A DNA stretch of 64,000 nt, from assembly GCF_006345805.1 (NCBI RefSeq), contig NC_042998.1, positions 97,526,001 to 97,590,000 of the forward strand. Direction: 5' to 3'. A model generated the notes under the pieces. The model saw only the letters and a program-made list of their open reading frames with translations, made no database searches and was not told the origin of the DNA. A program made the translations under genes and the position numbers. Source of the DNA: Octopus sinensis. Lineage: Eukaryota. Below, piece by piece: positions 29,870-43,329 of this stretch; position 1 is the stretch's first letter, and every line of letters begins with the position of its first letter.

Positions 29870-30098
29870 ATTTAATTTGTTAGCATTCAGATTACTGTTA
29901 AATATAATGCTTATTTATCCACATTTTTTAAAAATTAATCATCCATTGTCTTGTAGCTTTGAGACTTCTGTGATGTCATTGTTTACTTTTAGAAAGACAT
30001 TGTAGGGTAGGTGTGAGAGGCTGGATCTGGTCAGTTTGAACATGAAACAAGTATAGAAGTCATGCTGGCTGTAGCCTGTTTAAATTCTAAAGAGCTAA
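29870..30098. mobile_element. Degenerate piggyBac-like MITE
   Basis: TTAATTTGTTAGCATTCAG ... TTTAAATTCTAAAGAGCTAA resembles a decayed TTAACCCTTTAGCATT...AATGCTAAAGGGTTAA terminus pair. Confidence 0.3.
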
Positions 30099-32226
30099 AT
30101 AATTACTCAATTTCTTCAAGAGATTCATTATTGTCTATTGGAACCGATATGTTGATCAGAAGGCATTTTCTTTTTCTGGTAGTCATTGACAACAATAACC
30201 AGCCTTGTTTTCCCCCTCTGTGTGTATTGACATACCACAATCCAGTGTAGGCCTATACCATTTGTTTTCTGTTGGTATTTCATAATGCTGATATAAGCTC
30301 CAGTGTATGCAAACCCCAATTCTGTTATGCCTATAAATGTATTCAAAACAATGGGGTTGTTTCTGTCTCAACTGCCATATATTAATAAACCACATGAGAA
30401 AAGTTGGTTGACAAAAATTGTATGCAAGCACATCTGATCCATGCAAGCTAATAAAAGCATAAGTTTAAAAAATGATGGTGGTGGTGGTGGTGGTGGTGAT
30501 ATGTATACCCTAACACCATCATCTTTGTCTCTCAGCTATTCTCACATAATATGGTTAGCCATGTATCTCCTCCATAGCAAGACATATGTGCATGTCCCTC
30601 TATCATACTTTAGTCAACAGCAGGCATAAACACACCTCTCTCAAATACTCTCTTCCTCAATCAAGAAAGGCTGGATGCTTTTAACTTTTCCTTTCTTCAC
30701 TTTGTCTTACAAGTTACACAGTGACCTCATTTGTGCTGGTGTCACAAAAAGAAAGCACCCAGTACACTACGTAAAGTGGTTACTATTAAGAAGGGCATCC
30801 AACTGTAGAAGCCATACCAAAGCTGATACGGAAGTCTGATGTAGATTTGCAGCTCATCAGACCCTGTCAAGCCATCCACTGGACAAGAACTTGTCAAAAC
30901 TGCCTTGCAGTATTTGTTCCAACTCCTTACAGTTTGAGTTCAAATTCTAGCAATATCAACTTTGCCTTTCATTCCTTCAGGGCTGATAAACGAAACAAAG
31001 CACCAGTAAAGTACTGGGGTTGATGTAATCAGTTAATCATGTCCCCCTCAAAAGTTACTGGCTCTGTGCCTAAATAAGAAAAATAGAATTACTTTATATC
31101 AGAAAAACTTGCACGGACTTCTGTGACGTCTCTGTCATTTTGTGGAAGATTTGGTTTGCTTTCTTATATTTTCATATAAATGAAGTTTTACTGCATACTT
31201 TCAAAATTTGTGTGTGACGGAAATGGTTTGGACTACTGGAATTGCTTAGAGGCATTAAACCTCTACACCAATCATAGATGACCTGTGACCTGCTGGACTT
31301 TTTAAATGGCATGCCCAATGAAAAATTACCTTGAATTTTTTTTTAGTAGTGCAGCCTGCCTGATGATTAGCCATCTCTCATGCAGCCAGCTTCTCCAAAA
31401 AGGCTGACCATGTCCGCCCTACACCCTTAAATGGACACGGATATGATAGTCAAATGCAAGCATAGGTGTGTGATTAAGGAGTTTGGTTTCCAACTACATG
31501 GTTCTGGGTTTGATCCCACTGCATAGTACATTAGGCAAATTATTTGATTAGTTATTTTTCTTTAGTTCTGCTATGTCAATCCTGCTGTTAATATCTCTTA
31601 TTTATTTGAAGCAGGAAAGTAGAAAAATCATTAGCATGCCAAGCAAAATGCTTAGCAGCAGTTTGTCTATCTTTATGTTCTGAATTCAAATTCCACCAAG
31701 GTCAATTTTACCTTTCATCCTTTCAGGGTCATCATCAACATCATTGTTGTCGTCGTTGTTGTTGTCGTTTAATGTCCACTTTCCATGCTAGCATGGGTTG
31801 GACAGTTTGACTGAGGACTGGCAAGCCAGAAGACTGTACCAGGCTCCAATCTGGTATAGCAAGGTTTCTACAACTGGATGCTCTTCCTAATGCCAACAAT
31901 TCCAAGAGTGTAGTGGGTACTTTTTACGTGCCACTGGCACGAGGGTCAGTCTGGCAGCACTGGCAATGCCCATGCTCGAATGGTACTTTTTACATGCCAC
32001 CAGCATGGGTTGACATAATCAACTTACCCCTCCTAAAAATTGCTGGCCTTGTGCCAAAATTTAAAACCAATTTTTTTTATTTATTCAAGGCCTCTAGTTG
32101 AGATCACGAGTTTTAAACTAGATTATTGATTATTTTTATAAGGGTTTTAGTTATGAATTAGTGAAGGTGGTATTGAATTTTAATGTAAAGTTCCTGTTTC
32201 GAGATTTACAAATAAAGTATATTCAA

Positions 32227-32547
32227 CCCCTTACCCAGTAAAGACAAGTTAACTTGTCTTCACCTAATTGGACTTTTTCAGAGTGTGATGGGTAAATTTG
32301 TCCAAAACATATAAATTCAAAAACAGCCACAGATGAATTTATATGTCAATTCTCAGCACTTCTTGGGTTTTTTCTGGGTTTTTTTTACAAATAATGCCTA
32401 GATGTCGAGCTCAGAAGATGACAATGAGTATGAACTTTCTGTTAGAAGTTTGGATACATCAGATGAGATATTCAATTATAAAAAAAGCAATTAAAAAATT
32501 CGTCTGAAAATGAAACATTTTCTCCAAAAATGTTGCCGGAGAAGGGG
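32227..32547. mobile_element. piggyBac-type non-autonomous element
   Basis: Ends CCCCTTACCCAGTAA ... TTGCCGGAGAAGGGG (11/15 inverted match), flanked by TCAA (left) and TTAA (right). Confidence 0.55.
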
Positions 32548-33389
32548 TTAAATGTATTGTATTTGATGGCATAAAAACACATGGGCATATTAAATACATT
32601 CTAATTTCAGCAGAGCATATTCAGGAAAAACACTTTTTAGTGTATTAAAGCATGTGATATTGGCCTAATTTCATGCATATGACCTAGGGTAATTTTTTTA
32701 AACATTTTAAACATGCTAACAAATATGATAATTACTTATTTTTTTATTACAAACATGGCACATATGGAGCATTATGTATAGTTTTATCTAATAAACAATT
32801 TTATAGGTGCTGCATTTCAACAGAATGAATTGAATCATTAGCGAAGTGTTTTCTACTATATCCATTTTGGGACTTTACTCTTCAGGCTGAAACAGGTATG
32901 GTTATGTGGCTAAAGACTCCAATACACAATTGCCTGGTTCTGGTTTGATCCCATTGCACACTACCTTGGAGCAAGTGTTTTCTATCAGAGCCTTGAGGAA
33001 AAAGTCTGTGCAGATTTCTTGTGTACATATGTGTGTGTTTGTGTGTGCTGGTAAGATACTGACGCTAAAATATCTCCTCAATGCACATAAATTTGCCTTT
33101 TAATTAGAGAAAGGCAACAAAAACTTAACATTGATTTGTAGCAACTCTCACAGAACAAGGTGGGGGAATGGTTTCGGATATTAAGAATTAATTTCTTAGA
33201 AATGCATCATCATTCTTTTGCTTTATATAGAATGCAACTGTGTATTTTCGATTCCATCATAAGGTAAGGACAAATAATTTTATTAAATAAAAGGTAATAT
33301 ATATGTAGCTATATGTAATATATGTATACTCTTCCATATATATATATACAATGTGTATGTATGAATGTGTATATATATATGTGTGTGTG

Positions 33390-33423
<34 letters not shown>

Positions 33424-35198
33424 TATAGGTAGATGGGTATAAATCTAGATATACGTATATATGTGTGCGTGTGTGTAAGTGTGTATGTGTATGTATTTCT
33501 AGATATGTAGAAAAAAACTCAATGTTAAAAAACACAATGCTGAAAACAAAGTAGATATAAATATACTGAACGTTTCCTTATAAATTGACCGAGTTACACT
33601 ATATAGATGATCTGAAGAAATTAAGGTCTTACATATGGCAAACATATAAATATGCACACATCCACATGAAAGTATGTATATTTATATATGCATGTATATA
33701 TAGTTTTGCTTATATTGTTGAAGAAGTGAATATGCTCCCCATCATATTTTTTATAAGGCATTTTTCAGTTGTCCTTATTAGTCCCTTATATTTTGTTTGG
33801 AACTATAAAGTAAATATCTGATGTTTATCTACACATATATTAAGATCTTCTCTGTCTTATCTTTCAAATGATATGATTTCTAGTCTTGGTTTTTATTACT
33901 GTTTTTTAAGTAAATACCATGGGACAATGTTGTGTCAGCTTCGCATTTATTATCACTGCTTTCTGAATATTGACATCAAATTTCTTTCAGAAAACAAAGT
34001 CATTGAACCATGGTAATTATATTTTGTTGTTACTACAGCTTCTCTGCAATTTTTTCTTTTTTTAGCTTTTGGTGGGTGGGTATGTGCATTAGCAAGGAAC
34101 GAGTAATCTGAATAAAATAGTCGCTTTATCAAATAAGTTCTTTTTTTTCCCCCTTTGTCTTATGATATAATATGTTGCAATAGTTATCTTTTGTAGATGT
34201 ATTGTAGTTGCATGTCAGTATACCAGTGATGGCTGTATGACTAACTTAACAATTAGAATCATGAAATCAGAAAATAGAAATGACAGAAACTCAGTTTAAT
34301 GATGTATATATATATAATTACACACACTCACACACACACACACATATATATATGTATATATACATATATATACATATATATATACATGAGTGTATTTTAC
34401 ACGTGTATGCACACACATATATATTTATACCTTTGTGTATGCATACATATGTAAATGTGTGTGTATGTGTGTATGCATGTGTGTGTGTGTGTCTGTGTGT
34501 GTGTTTGTGTGTGTATGTGTGTGTGTGTGCATGTGTGCATATATATTCATTCATTCGTTCATTTATTTATGTCCATTTTTCCATGCTTGCATGGGTTAGA
34601 CCAATATATATTCGGCATTGTTTTACAGCTGGATTCCTTTCCTGTCACTAATCCTTACCTATGCTTCAAGGAAGGGACCTCTTATTTCATACATTTGTGA
34701 AGGTGTAAAATCAAAAGACAATCTGTTGACTGGGAAACTGACAACAGTAAATTGCTTATAGCAATTGTCATAGAGTACAAATGCAAGCAACCGTGCAAGC
34801 CTCAAACACACAAGCTCACATATCAATACATATACACACATTTACATTACATATAAATACATATATGTGTGTATATGTATATATATATATAGGATAATAA
34901 GAAAAAAGGAAAACCTTTGATGCAGTGATCCTAATTAGTTCTCTATATGAGCAAAATATAACATAAATCAAAGTGGATGACAGATTTTTGTAGGTCAAGT
35001 CTTTTTATCTTTGAAATACAAAATACATAAAAAGTCATCGAGATATTAGGTTACATACACTCCACTATTACAATCCAAAGAAAAGCAGTAGTAAAAAACC
35101 TTATGATCATTTCAAGAAATGTGTTTGTATTGGGTGAATTTCTAGCCAATACAAATAGTCACATTTCTCTCCTCAGCAGTAAAAAAAAATCGATTAAT

Positions 35199-35632
35199 CA
35201 TCATCGTTTAGCGTCCGTTCTCCATGCTAGCATGGGTTGGACGGTTCAACTAGGGTCTGTGAAGCTGGAAGGCTTCATCAGGCCCAGTCAGATCTGGCAG
35301 TGTTTCTACGGCTGGATGCCCTTCCTAACGCCAACCACTCCGTGAGTGTAGTGGGTGCTTTTTACGTGCCACCTGCACAGGTGCCAGACAGAGCTGGCAA
35401 ACGGCCACGAACGGATGGTGCTTTTATGTGTCACCGGCACGGGGCCAGGCAAGGCTGGCAATGGACACGAACGGATGGTGCTTTTACGTGCCACCAACAC
35501 GGGGGCCAGGTGAGGCTGGCAATGGACACGAACGGATGGTGCTTTTACATGCCACCAACATGGGGGCCAGACAGAGCTGGCAAACGGCCACGAAACGGAT
35601 GGTGCTTTTACGTGTCACCGGCACGGGGGCCA
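35199..35632 (-). mobile_element. Family A element with internal array of five about 56-63-bp units
   Basis: (ACGGAT)GGTGCTTTTACGTGCCACC...GGGGCCAG..GCTGGCAA..G.CACGA repeated from about 35353 to 35632. Confidence 0.8.
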
Positions 35633-36194
35633 AAAAATTTGAGAAAGTTTTAAATGTTTCCTACATATGGAACTTGAGGTCATATCAAGTAATGCTATAT
35701 TTTTAAAAAATGTTATAGTATTTTTAAAAAGTTCGCAAGCATGAAGAAAAAGGCTTTGTGAAGTGAAAAAAAGTTGTGAAGTAAAACATTTGTGCAAATG
35801 AAAATAAAAATATTTGTAAAAATAAAATAAGGACTCAAATTTGGTTAATCATTTAAAAAAAACAGTTGGATAGCAGATAAGTAATTAAAAATAAGGTGAA
35901 TCCATATATCCAAAATGTTAGTGGGAATAGTCTAAAAATTCACATGATATTTGTAATCTACAATTTACAATGACCGCTAATGTACAACCAGCATGGGAGC
36001 CAGTCAGGTGGCACTGGCATCGACTACGTTGAGATGGTGCTTTTTATGTGCCACCAGCACAGAAGCCAGTCGGAGGGGGGGGTCTGGTATTGGCCACATT
36101 CAGATGGTGTTTTTTAAATGCCTCCGGCATGGGGAGCCACTCAGGCAGCACATACATCGACCCATGCTTGAATGGTGTTTATTATGCATTATCA

Positions 36195-36800
36195 TTAATA
36201 AGGGGTAAATACCCTGAAACTAGTCTGCAGATGCCTGACCAGCAAGGGGAAGCAGCTGACCTCCCCTGTTCAAAGGTTATAATGGACACAAGCTAGAGGC
36301 GATGGCCTCTTGGAGCTAATCAATGGCAGCATCCGTCCTATATTTCTGGACTGCCATATTAGTTTGATGATAACTATTAATATCCAGTACCGCTGCCATA
36401 GTCTCCCTTAGAGAGACTTAGAAATTTCAATATTTCTATTTTTGAAAAGTAGTAGATGTATTCCACTGAATTTAGGTAAATAATCCTTCGAACAGACAGT
36501 TAGTAGTGATGCCTGTTGGGTTCAGCTGCTCTGCATCGATAAGGGGCAAATACCCTGAAACTAGTCTGCAGATGGCTGACCAGCAAGGGGAAGCGGCTGA
36601 CCTCCCCTGATTGAAGGTTATAATGGACACAGGTTCGTGTGTCACATAAGCTAGCTAGAGGCGATGGCTTCTTGGAGTTAATCAACAGCAGCATTTGTCT
36701 TATATTTCTGGACTGCCATATTAGCTTGGTGATAACTATTAATATCCAGTACCGCTGCCGTAGTCTCCTTTAGAGAGTCTTAAAAATGTTAATATTTATT
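36195..36800 (+). mobile_element. About 1.8 tandem copies of a 341-bp unit carrying a hammerhead motif (Penelope-like pLTR or retrozyme-like)
   Basis: ATAAGGGG(T/C)AAATACCCTGAAACTAGTCTGCAGATG recurs at 36198 and 36539 and similarity continues for about 250 bp. The 3' end abuts (TA)n. No ORF. Confidence 0.65.
36530..36572 (+). ncRNA. Minimal type I hammerhead ribozyme-like motif, U3-A8 (plus U4C) core variant
   Basis: TCTGCA-TCGATAA-GGGG CAAATA CCCT-GAAA-CTAG-TC-TGCAGA: stem I TCTGCA/TGCAGA (extendable by CAGCTG/TGGCTG), 7-nt core, stem II, GAAA, palindromic stem III ACTAGT, GUC cleavage triplet. Confidence 0.65.
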
Positions 36801-37059
36801 TATATATATATATATATATTGCAAACACCTAACACATGCATATATATATTGGATGAAGTAGAGAACATATGAATTAATTAATTTATATCAAATACTATGC
36901 ATGTCCTGCCTTTTAGATTAGTTAGGTGTTACTATGGCATATATGAGATAACTAGAAGAGTTAGCATCAAGAAGGCCATCTGGCTACAAGACACCACCTT
37001 AACATGTCCCTTACAATGCATGCCAGCATGGAAAAGCAGGCAAAAAAATGATGATTGTA

Positions 37060-37093
<34 letters not shown>

Positions 37094-37582
37094 CAAAGAA
37101 GATGATGATGATGATAATGACAAAGAAGATGATGATGACCCTGAAGTTGGGTTTTTTCTAAGTTTGCAAAAACCACAAAATTATTTTAATGCCAGGTGAG
37201 AAATACTTTATTGCATATTAATTAATTCACGTGGCCAATGATATGTTATGGTTTTTTATCCCCCACCTCTGATTATCAAATGTATACTGTCAGAAGAGTA
37301 TGTGTGGTTCTAACCACACACAAGTTGATGAGATCCAGCTGAGCTTCAATTGCAGTTACTGCATTCTGAGACCTGATTTCCCTCTCTTGAAGTTATAATC
37401 ACAAATTAGTCTCTTTAACAAGGTAAGAAATATCTCTGATACACATGCGCATGCATACGCATGTATTTCATATCCACACACATGCACACACGAATATGTG
37501 TGTGTGTATATGTGTATATATATATGTGTATATATATGTGTGTGTATGTATGTATGTATGTATGTATGTATATATGTATTTA

Positions 37583-38484
<902 letters not shown>

Positions 38485-39402
38485 ATACATACATACATAC
38501 ATACATACATGTATATTAGTGTTTTCCAAACTGTTCCAGTTAGTGACACACTTTTTAAACATACATAATTTAAGTTTTATGTAAACCTAATGTTAATTAT
38601 TTTGATATAATCTACCATGGCTATACGATGCAGATGCATAAATTAATTTTAATAGCAGAATGTGTCAAGAAAACCTTTCATTTATATTTCATAAATATAT
38701 AATTTGTAAGCAAAATAAAATGCATCTTCAAGAGAAATCATTTCTTCAAGAGCTATCATTTATCAATAATAATCTGTAAATATGTGCAAGGATTAATAAA
38801 AAAAATAACTTTTTAACTTACTATTTCATACATGAGATACATGAGATTGATGGGAAGAACAGAGATTTGGGATTTTAGGTTGAATAATAGATAATAACAC
38901 TTGCATTTCACTATCAAGCATTTTCAAGTTTTCCCTGCATGCCTGTATTAATTTTATTCAATGTTCAAATATGTCTGAAAGATATGCCAATTTGGTGCAC
39001 CAAAGTTCATCTTGAATCAGATTGTGAAATTCATTCAGTTGGTTTTCTTGAAAAAGTTTAAGCATCATACCGCTGAATTTGTATGCACAATTTGTATCAC
39101 ATAACCTTTTGAAAGCCAATGAACCTGTGTGTAGTAGACGTTTCTTGAAATTTGCTCATATTTCTTCACAAATATGAGCAAATGATTTTGATTTAAGAGG
39201 TCTACTTTTGATATAATTGACCATTTGAACCACTTCATTTGTAACTCTTCATAAATCAATTCCAACAATGCAAAAACAATGAGTAATTATATTTGTAGTC
39301 TCTTTTTTTGCTAGAGTTGTAAAATCTTTTACTGAACCTACCATTGAGAGTGTGCCATTTGTGCATATCCCTACACAGTTTAACCATAACAAATTATTTT
39401 CC

Positions 39403-39719
39403 AGAGATGTACTTGCATAGCAAGTGACCTGATCTGAGATCATGTGCTGGAACGAAAACAATTGCAGTGTGGAAGGTGTTTATAAGCCATTTAAGAAACA
39501 CACAAAAACCGTTAGATTCACTTCAACTTTTAAATTTATTTGTCAAAATATTTTCATCGCTTTTAGACTGCGACCTGTTCACTGACAAAACTCCGTGCTA
39601 GTGAACAGGTCGCAGTCTCAAAGTGACGAAAATATTTTGACAAATTAAATTTAAAAGTTGAAGTGAATCTAACAGTTTTTGTGTGTTTCTTAAATGGCTT
39701 ATAAACACCTTCCATGCTG
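39403..39719 (-). mobile_element. 317-bp Penelope-like insertion with inverted arms, nested in the hAT transposase
   Basis: Inverted arms of about 120 bp (39465-39583 / 39600-39719). An exact 12-bp target duplication AAATTATTTTCC lies at 39391-39402 and 39720-39731; removing the insert restores transposase peptide KENNLLWLNCVG. Confidence 0.75.
39539..39589 (-). ncRNA. Minimal type I hammerhead ribozyme-like motif, G3-C8 core variant
   Basis: Minus strand TTTGTCA-GTGAACA-G-GTCGC AGTCTAAAA GCGAT-GAAA-ATAT-TT-TGACAAA: 7-bp stem I, core GUGAACA, 5-bp stem II (GCGAC by consensus with the other arm), GAAA, palindromic stem III, UH. Confidence 0.6.
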
Positions 39720-40225
39720 AAATTATTTTCCTTCATGAAGGAATTTAAAGCTTGAAAGTTGTCTTCACCTCTAGCTCTCAATGGAAGTTCTAGACAACAC
39801 AAGAATTGCTCAATAATTCTATCATTATAAATGAAATATATAAAAATCATCAATTGTGCTAACTCACTGACACCTGTTGTTTCATCTAACTGCAATGCAA
39901 ACATGTTATTATCTTGAAAAATATTCTTCATTTGCAGCTTAATGTCATCAGACTTATCTTGAATTCATTTTCCCATTGTGTCATCTACCAGAAGAATTTT
40001 AACTTCTATCTCAAATTCAGGTCCAAACATTGTTCGAACAATAGCACAGCAAGATTCCTTTATAGTTCATTCAGCAATACTATGTCATTCTTTGTTTTTG
40101 GCAATTATTTGATCAACCAAGTAACTTGTCTCTTGAGCTTTGTCTGATGTCTTCATTCTCTTTGGGAACACTGGAGCCTACTTTTATAGAGATTTTGAAA
40201 GTTCAATGAAGTATTTTACTGAGTA

Positions 40226-40415
40226 ACTACAAATTTCTCAATAGTTTAGTGTAGGTGTTCTCTTTTTCACTGATCTTCAGCTTTATGTTAACATCCACTG
40301 GGCAGCTAATTTCTACAACTGTGCACAGTTCCTTTTCTCTATCCCAAATCATTATATCAGTTCTGTTGAGCTTACATTTTATTGAGGTCTTCGCTGGTAC
40401 ATTCCACCAGTATTC
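40226..40415 (-). mobile_element. RLE LINE fragment (same family as 14821-15575)
   Basis: EYWWNVPAKTSIKCKLNRTDIMIWDREKELCTVVEISCPVDVNIKLKISEKENTYTKLLRNL. Confidence 0.8.
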
Positions 40416-41476
40416 ATAAATGGTCTGGTCACTTTTGAAAAGAATTATGTGTCTATCGAAAGCAAACAGAATGTCTGCAAAGAAGTTATAATTCCTACAG
40501 ATCTGTATGGACTCCATAAAGAAGAAAGAGTATTTAATAATTTCTATATGTGATGATTGTAAACTCTTGGTAATGTTACCTGGATTGATAACCAACCATA
40601 GCTATCACTCACGAGCAACTATGTCTTGGTGGCATGTGTCATGCTTTAGTTAATTCTTTTAGGTGCCTATGTAGTTGGGAACAGATATAAACATTCTCTG
40701 TCTTACACTCTTGTCTCAATGGAGCATCTTGGATGTAACAGCTGGAGGAAGAAAGGGTTTGACCAGTGCTAGGTTGCTACTCATTATAACAAAGCAATGT
40801 GAAATGAAGTGCCTTGCTCAAGGACACAACATGTTTCTCAGTCCAGGAATTGAACCCATGACTTTAGGATTGTGAACCCAACACTCTAACCACTACATTG
40901 GATAAGATCATCAATAACCAGCACCTTTACACTCAGTGCAGCTTGATGAGATTTAACATTTCTTTTCCAAATTCCAGTGAAGTGAAGCTGTGAATGCTGT
41001 CCATATGTCTGAGTGAAGAATTTCAAAACAAACCCTATATGGAAAAAATCTTAGGCTCTGCTTTAAAGACAAGCTAAAAGAGAATTTCAAACAAATAAAG
41101 CAGAATGCCAGAATCTGGGTCACACTTCCACTCAATCAGAAGCCCTAGAGGTGTATGTGCTTCCCTAGGATCAACGAGTGTGAGTGGCACAAGATGAATG
41201 ACACTCATAGGAAATACAGCTATTGGTATCCATGTGTTACATGCAGCTTCTTGAAGAGATTCATATGTGCTAGCATAGTCAAAAGTGCAATAATTCTTGA
41301 ACTTATTCCTTTGCATAAAATTTTAAAAGAGAAAGCAGATATTTGAATCAACTGAGTGTCAGATTGTTGTTTATTAAATCAGTAGCACTGCATTTTTTAA
41401 AATAATTTAATTAGAAGAAAGCAAGTGGTAAAGAAGTGTGCTTCTTCTACAAAGGTTCAGCTTCACTTCCATTGCA

Positions 41477-41567
41477 GGTACATTCCACCAGTATTCCTTT
41501 TCATTATGAGTGACTATGGCTTCTACCATATTGTGGGTTCTTATTTTTTTGTCCTCGCGATTATCCT
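41477..41567 (-). mobile_element. Upstream continuation of the RLE LINE fragment, abutting (TACA)n
   Basis: QDNREDKKIRTHNMVEAIVTHNEKEYWWNVPA matches 15390-15480. Confidence 0.8.
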
Positions 41568-42842
41568 GTATGTATGTATGTATGTATGTATGCATGTATG
41601 TATGTATGTATGCATGTATGTATGTATGCATGTATGTATGTATGCATGTATGTATGCATGTATGTATGTATGTATGTATGTATGTATGTATGTATGTATG
41701 TATGTATGTATGTATGTATGTATGTATGTTTTATACATATACATATATGACAGGTTTCTTTCAACTTCTATCTACTAAATCCACTTACAAGGCTTGAACA
41801 GCAAGTGTGAGTTTGTATTTTTTTGTCTTGATATCATGTCATAGTAGTAAAAAGTGTCACTGCTATACAAGTAGTATCATACACCTCCAATCTTCTTTAA
41901 TACAATACAAATAATGGTGTTATATTAAAGATACAAAGATGTTCAAGGTTGATCGTTTTATGTTAAAGATGCTTCATATATCCTTTTTAATCTTTCATGT
42001 TTAGTCTGTGGTTTTCTAAATCCAGTGGTCCATTAAAATTTCAAGATCTCCACAGCTTTGCCATCAGACAGTAAGTCACAAAGAAACATAGGAATATTGT
42101 TATAACTGATAAATCATCAATGCAGCATTAAAATTTATACAAAGGTCAAGTCCTGGTTGATTTCATCGTATATTGTCATGTGTGGTGTATCTGTGTGCTG
42201 ATTTTTAGTTTGTATTATGTCATTACTAAAATTTCCATTATTCTTCTTATTCTTTGTGGAATTCTACATAAAGCTGTAGTACTATTAACTAATATTTTTC
42301 TATTTATGTTTATTTCATTGAGTATATTGCAATGAGCTACAATGGCTTGTTATTTTAAATACATAGTTCACTGACAAGAGAGAATCATGCATATTTGTTT
42401 AATGTAACAGTTTGAGTCATGAAGTTTATAACTTTTATCTTTATATTGAAATATATATATATATTAATTTGTATATTACACTGGTTATCTGAAGTATGTT
42501 CTGTATTTTTCTGGTTTGTGGTTACATGTTGATAACGTTTTTCATTCTGGTGTTTATGCAATATATTCTAACTTTAAGTTTGTGGTTAGTCAAATAATCT
42601 CTTAGAGAATATTTAAAATTTCCAACCACAAAAGAATATTTAGATACGGAAATCCTATGTGTAAAACAAACATAAGTTAATAACAGGCACCCTAAAAGAT
42701 TAAGATTGAGAGACCAAGAACTAACTGATGCAACAGATGGTGCTCCCATAAAAATAAACAAATCATATATCATACACTACAAGACAAAACGATGCTCTGG
42801 TTACAAAATGGAGGAATATGATTATAAATTATTCATACAGCA

Positions 42843-42897
<55 letters not shown>

Positions 42898-42899
42898 AT

Positions 42900-42953
<54 letters not shown>

Positions 42954-43164
42954 AGGGGTGTATGTGTGTGTATGTGCACATGCATGTTTGTGTTGTGCGT
43001 GTGAGTGCAGGTTGGTTATGGAGTTAAGAAGTTCATTTCAGAACCACATGGTCCCAGGTTCAGTTCCACTGTGTGGCACCTCGGGCAAGTGTCTTCTACT
43101 ATTGCCCAGGGTTGACCAATATCCTGTGATTGAATTTGATAGATGGAAACTGTGTGGAAGCCTA

Positions 43165-43205
<41 letters not shown>

Positions 43206-43329
43206 TACAAGCAAAACTCCCCCCCCCCCCGGCCAATGGACAGTGCTGAGTTGTCAAACATTTAAACCAAATTTTCTCAAAACAACTTGTCCGACTGTCC
43301 CATAGGCCTCCCCTTTGAGAAACACTGAT

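Larger units (their letters stand above)
38517..40225 (-). mobile_element. Decayed hAT (Buster subfamily; ZBED5/FAM200-like) transposase with 3' terminus
   Basis: Frame-broken peptides KAQETSYLV, FALQLDETTGVSELAQLMIF...EQFLCCLEL, WLNCVGICTNG..SMVG, THCF, YYTQVHWLSKG and C-terminal EMQVLLSIIQPKIPNLCSSHQSHVSH. TIR-like (T)AGTGTTTTCCAAA at 38517. Multiple stops and deletions. Confidence 0.88.

Noticed and set aside
35353-35632. CRISPR-like repeat-spacer appearance
   Set aside because: The spacers are homologous to each other, the array lies inside a dispersed eukaryotic retroposon, and there are no cas genes.
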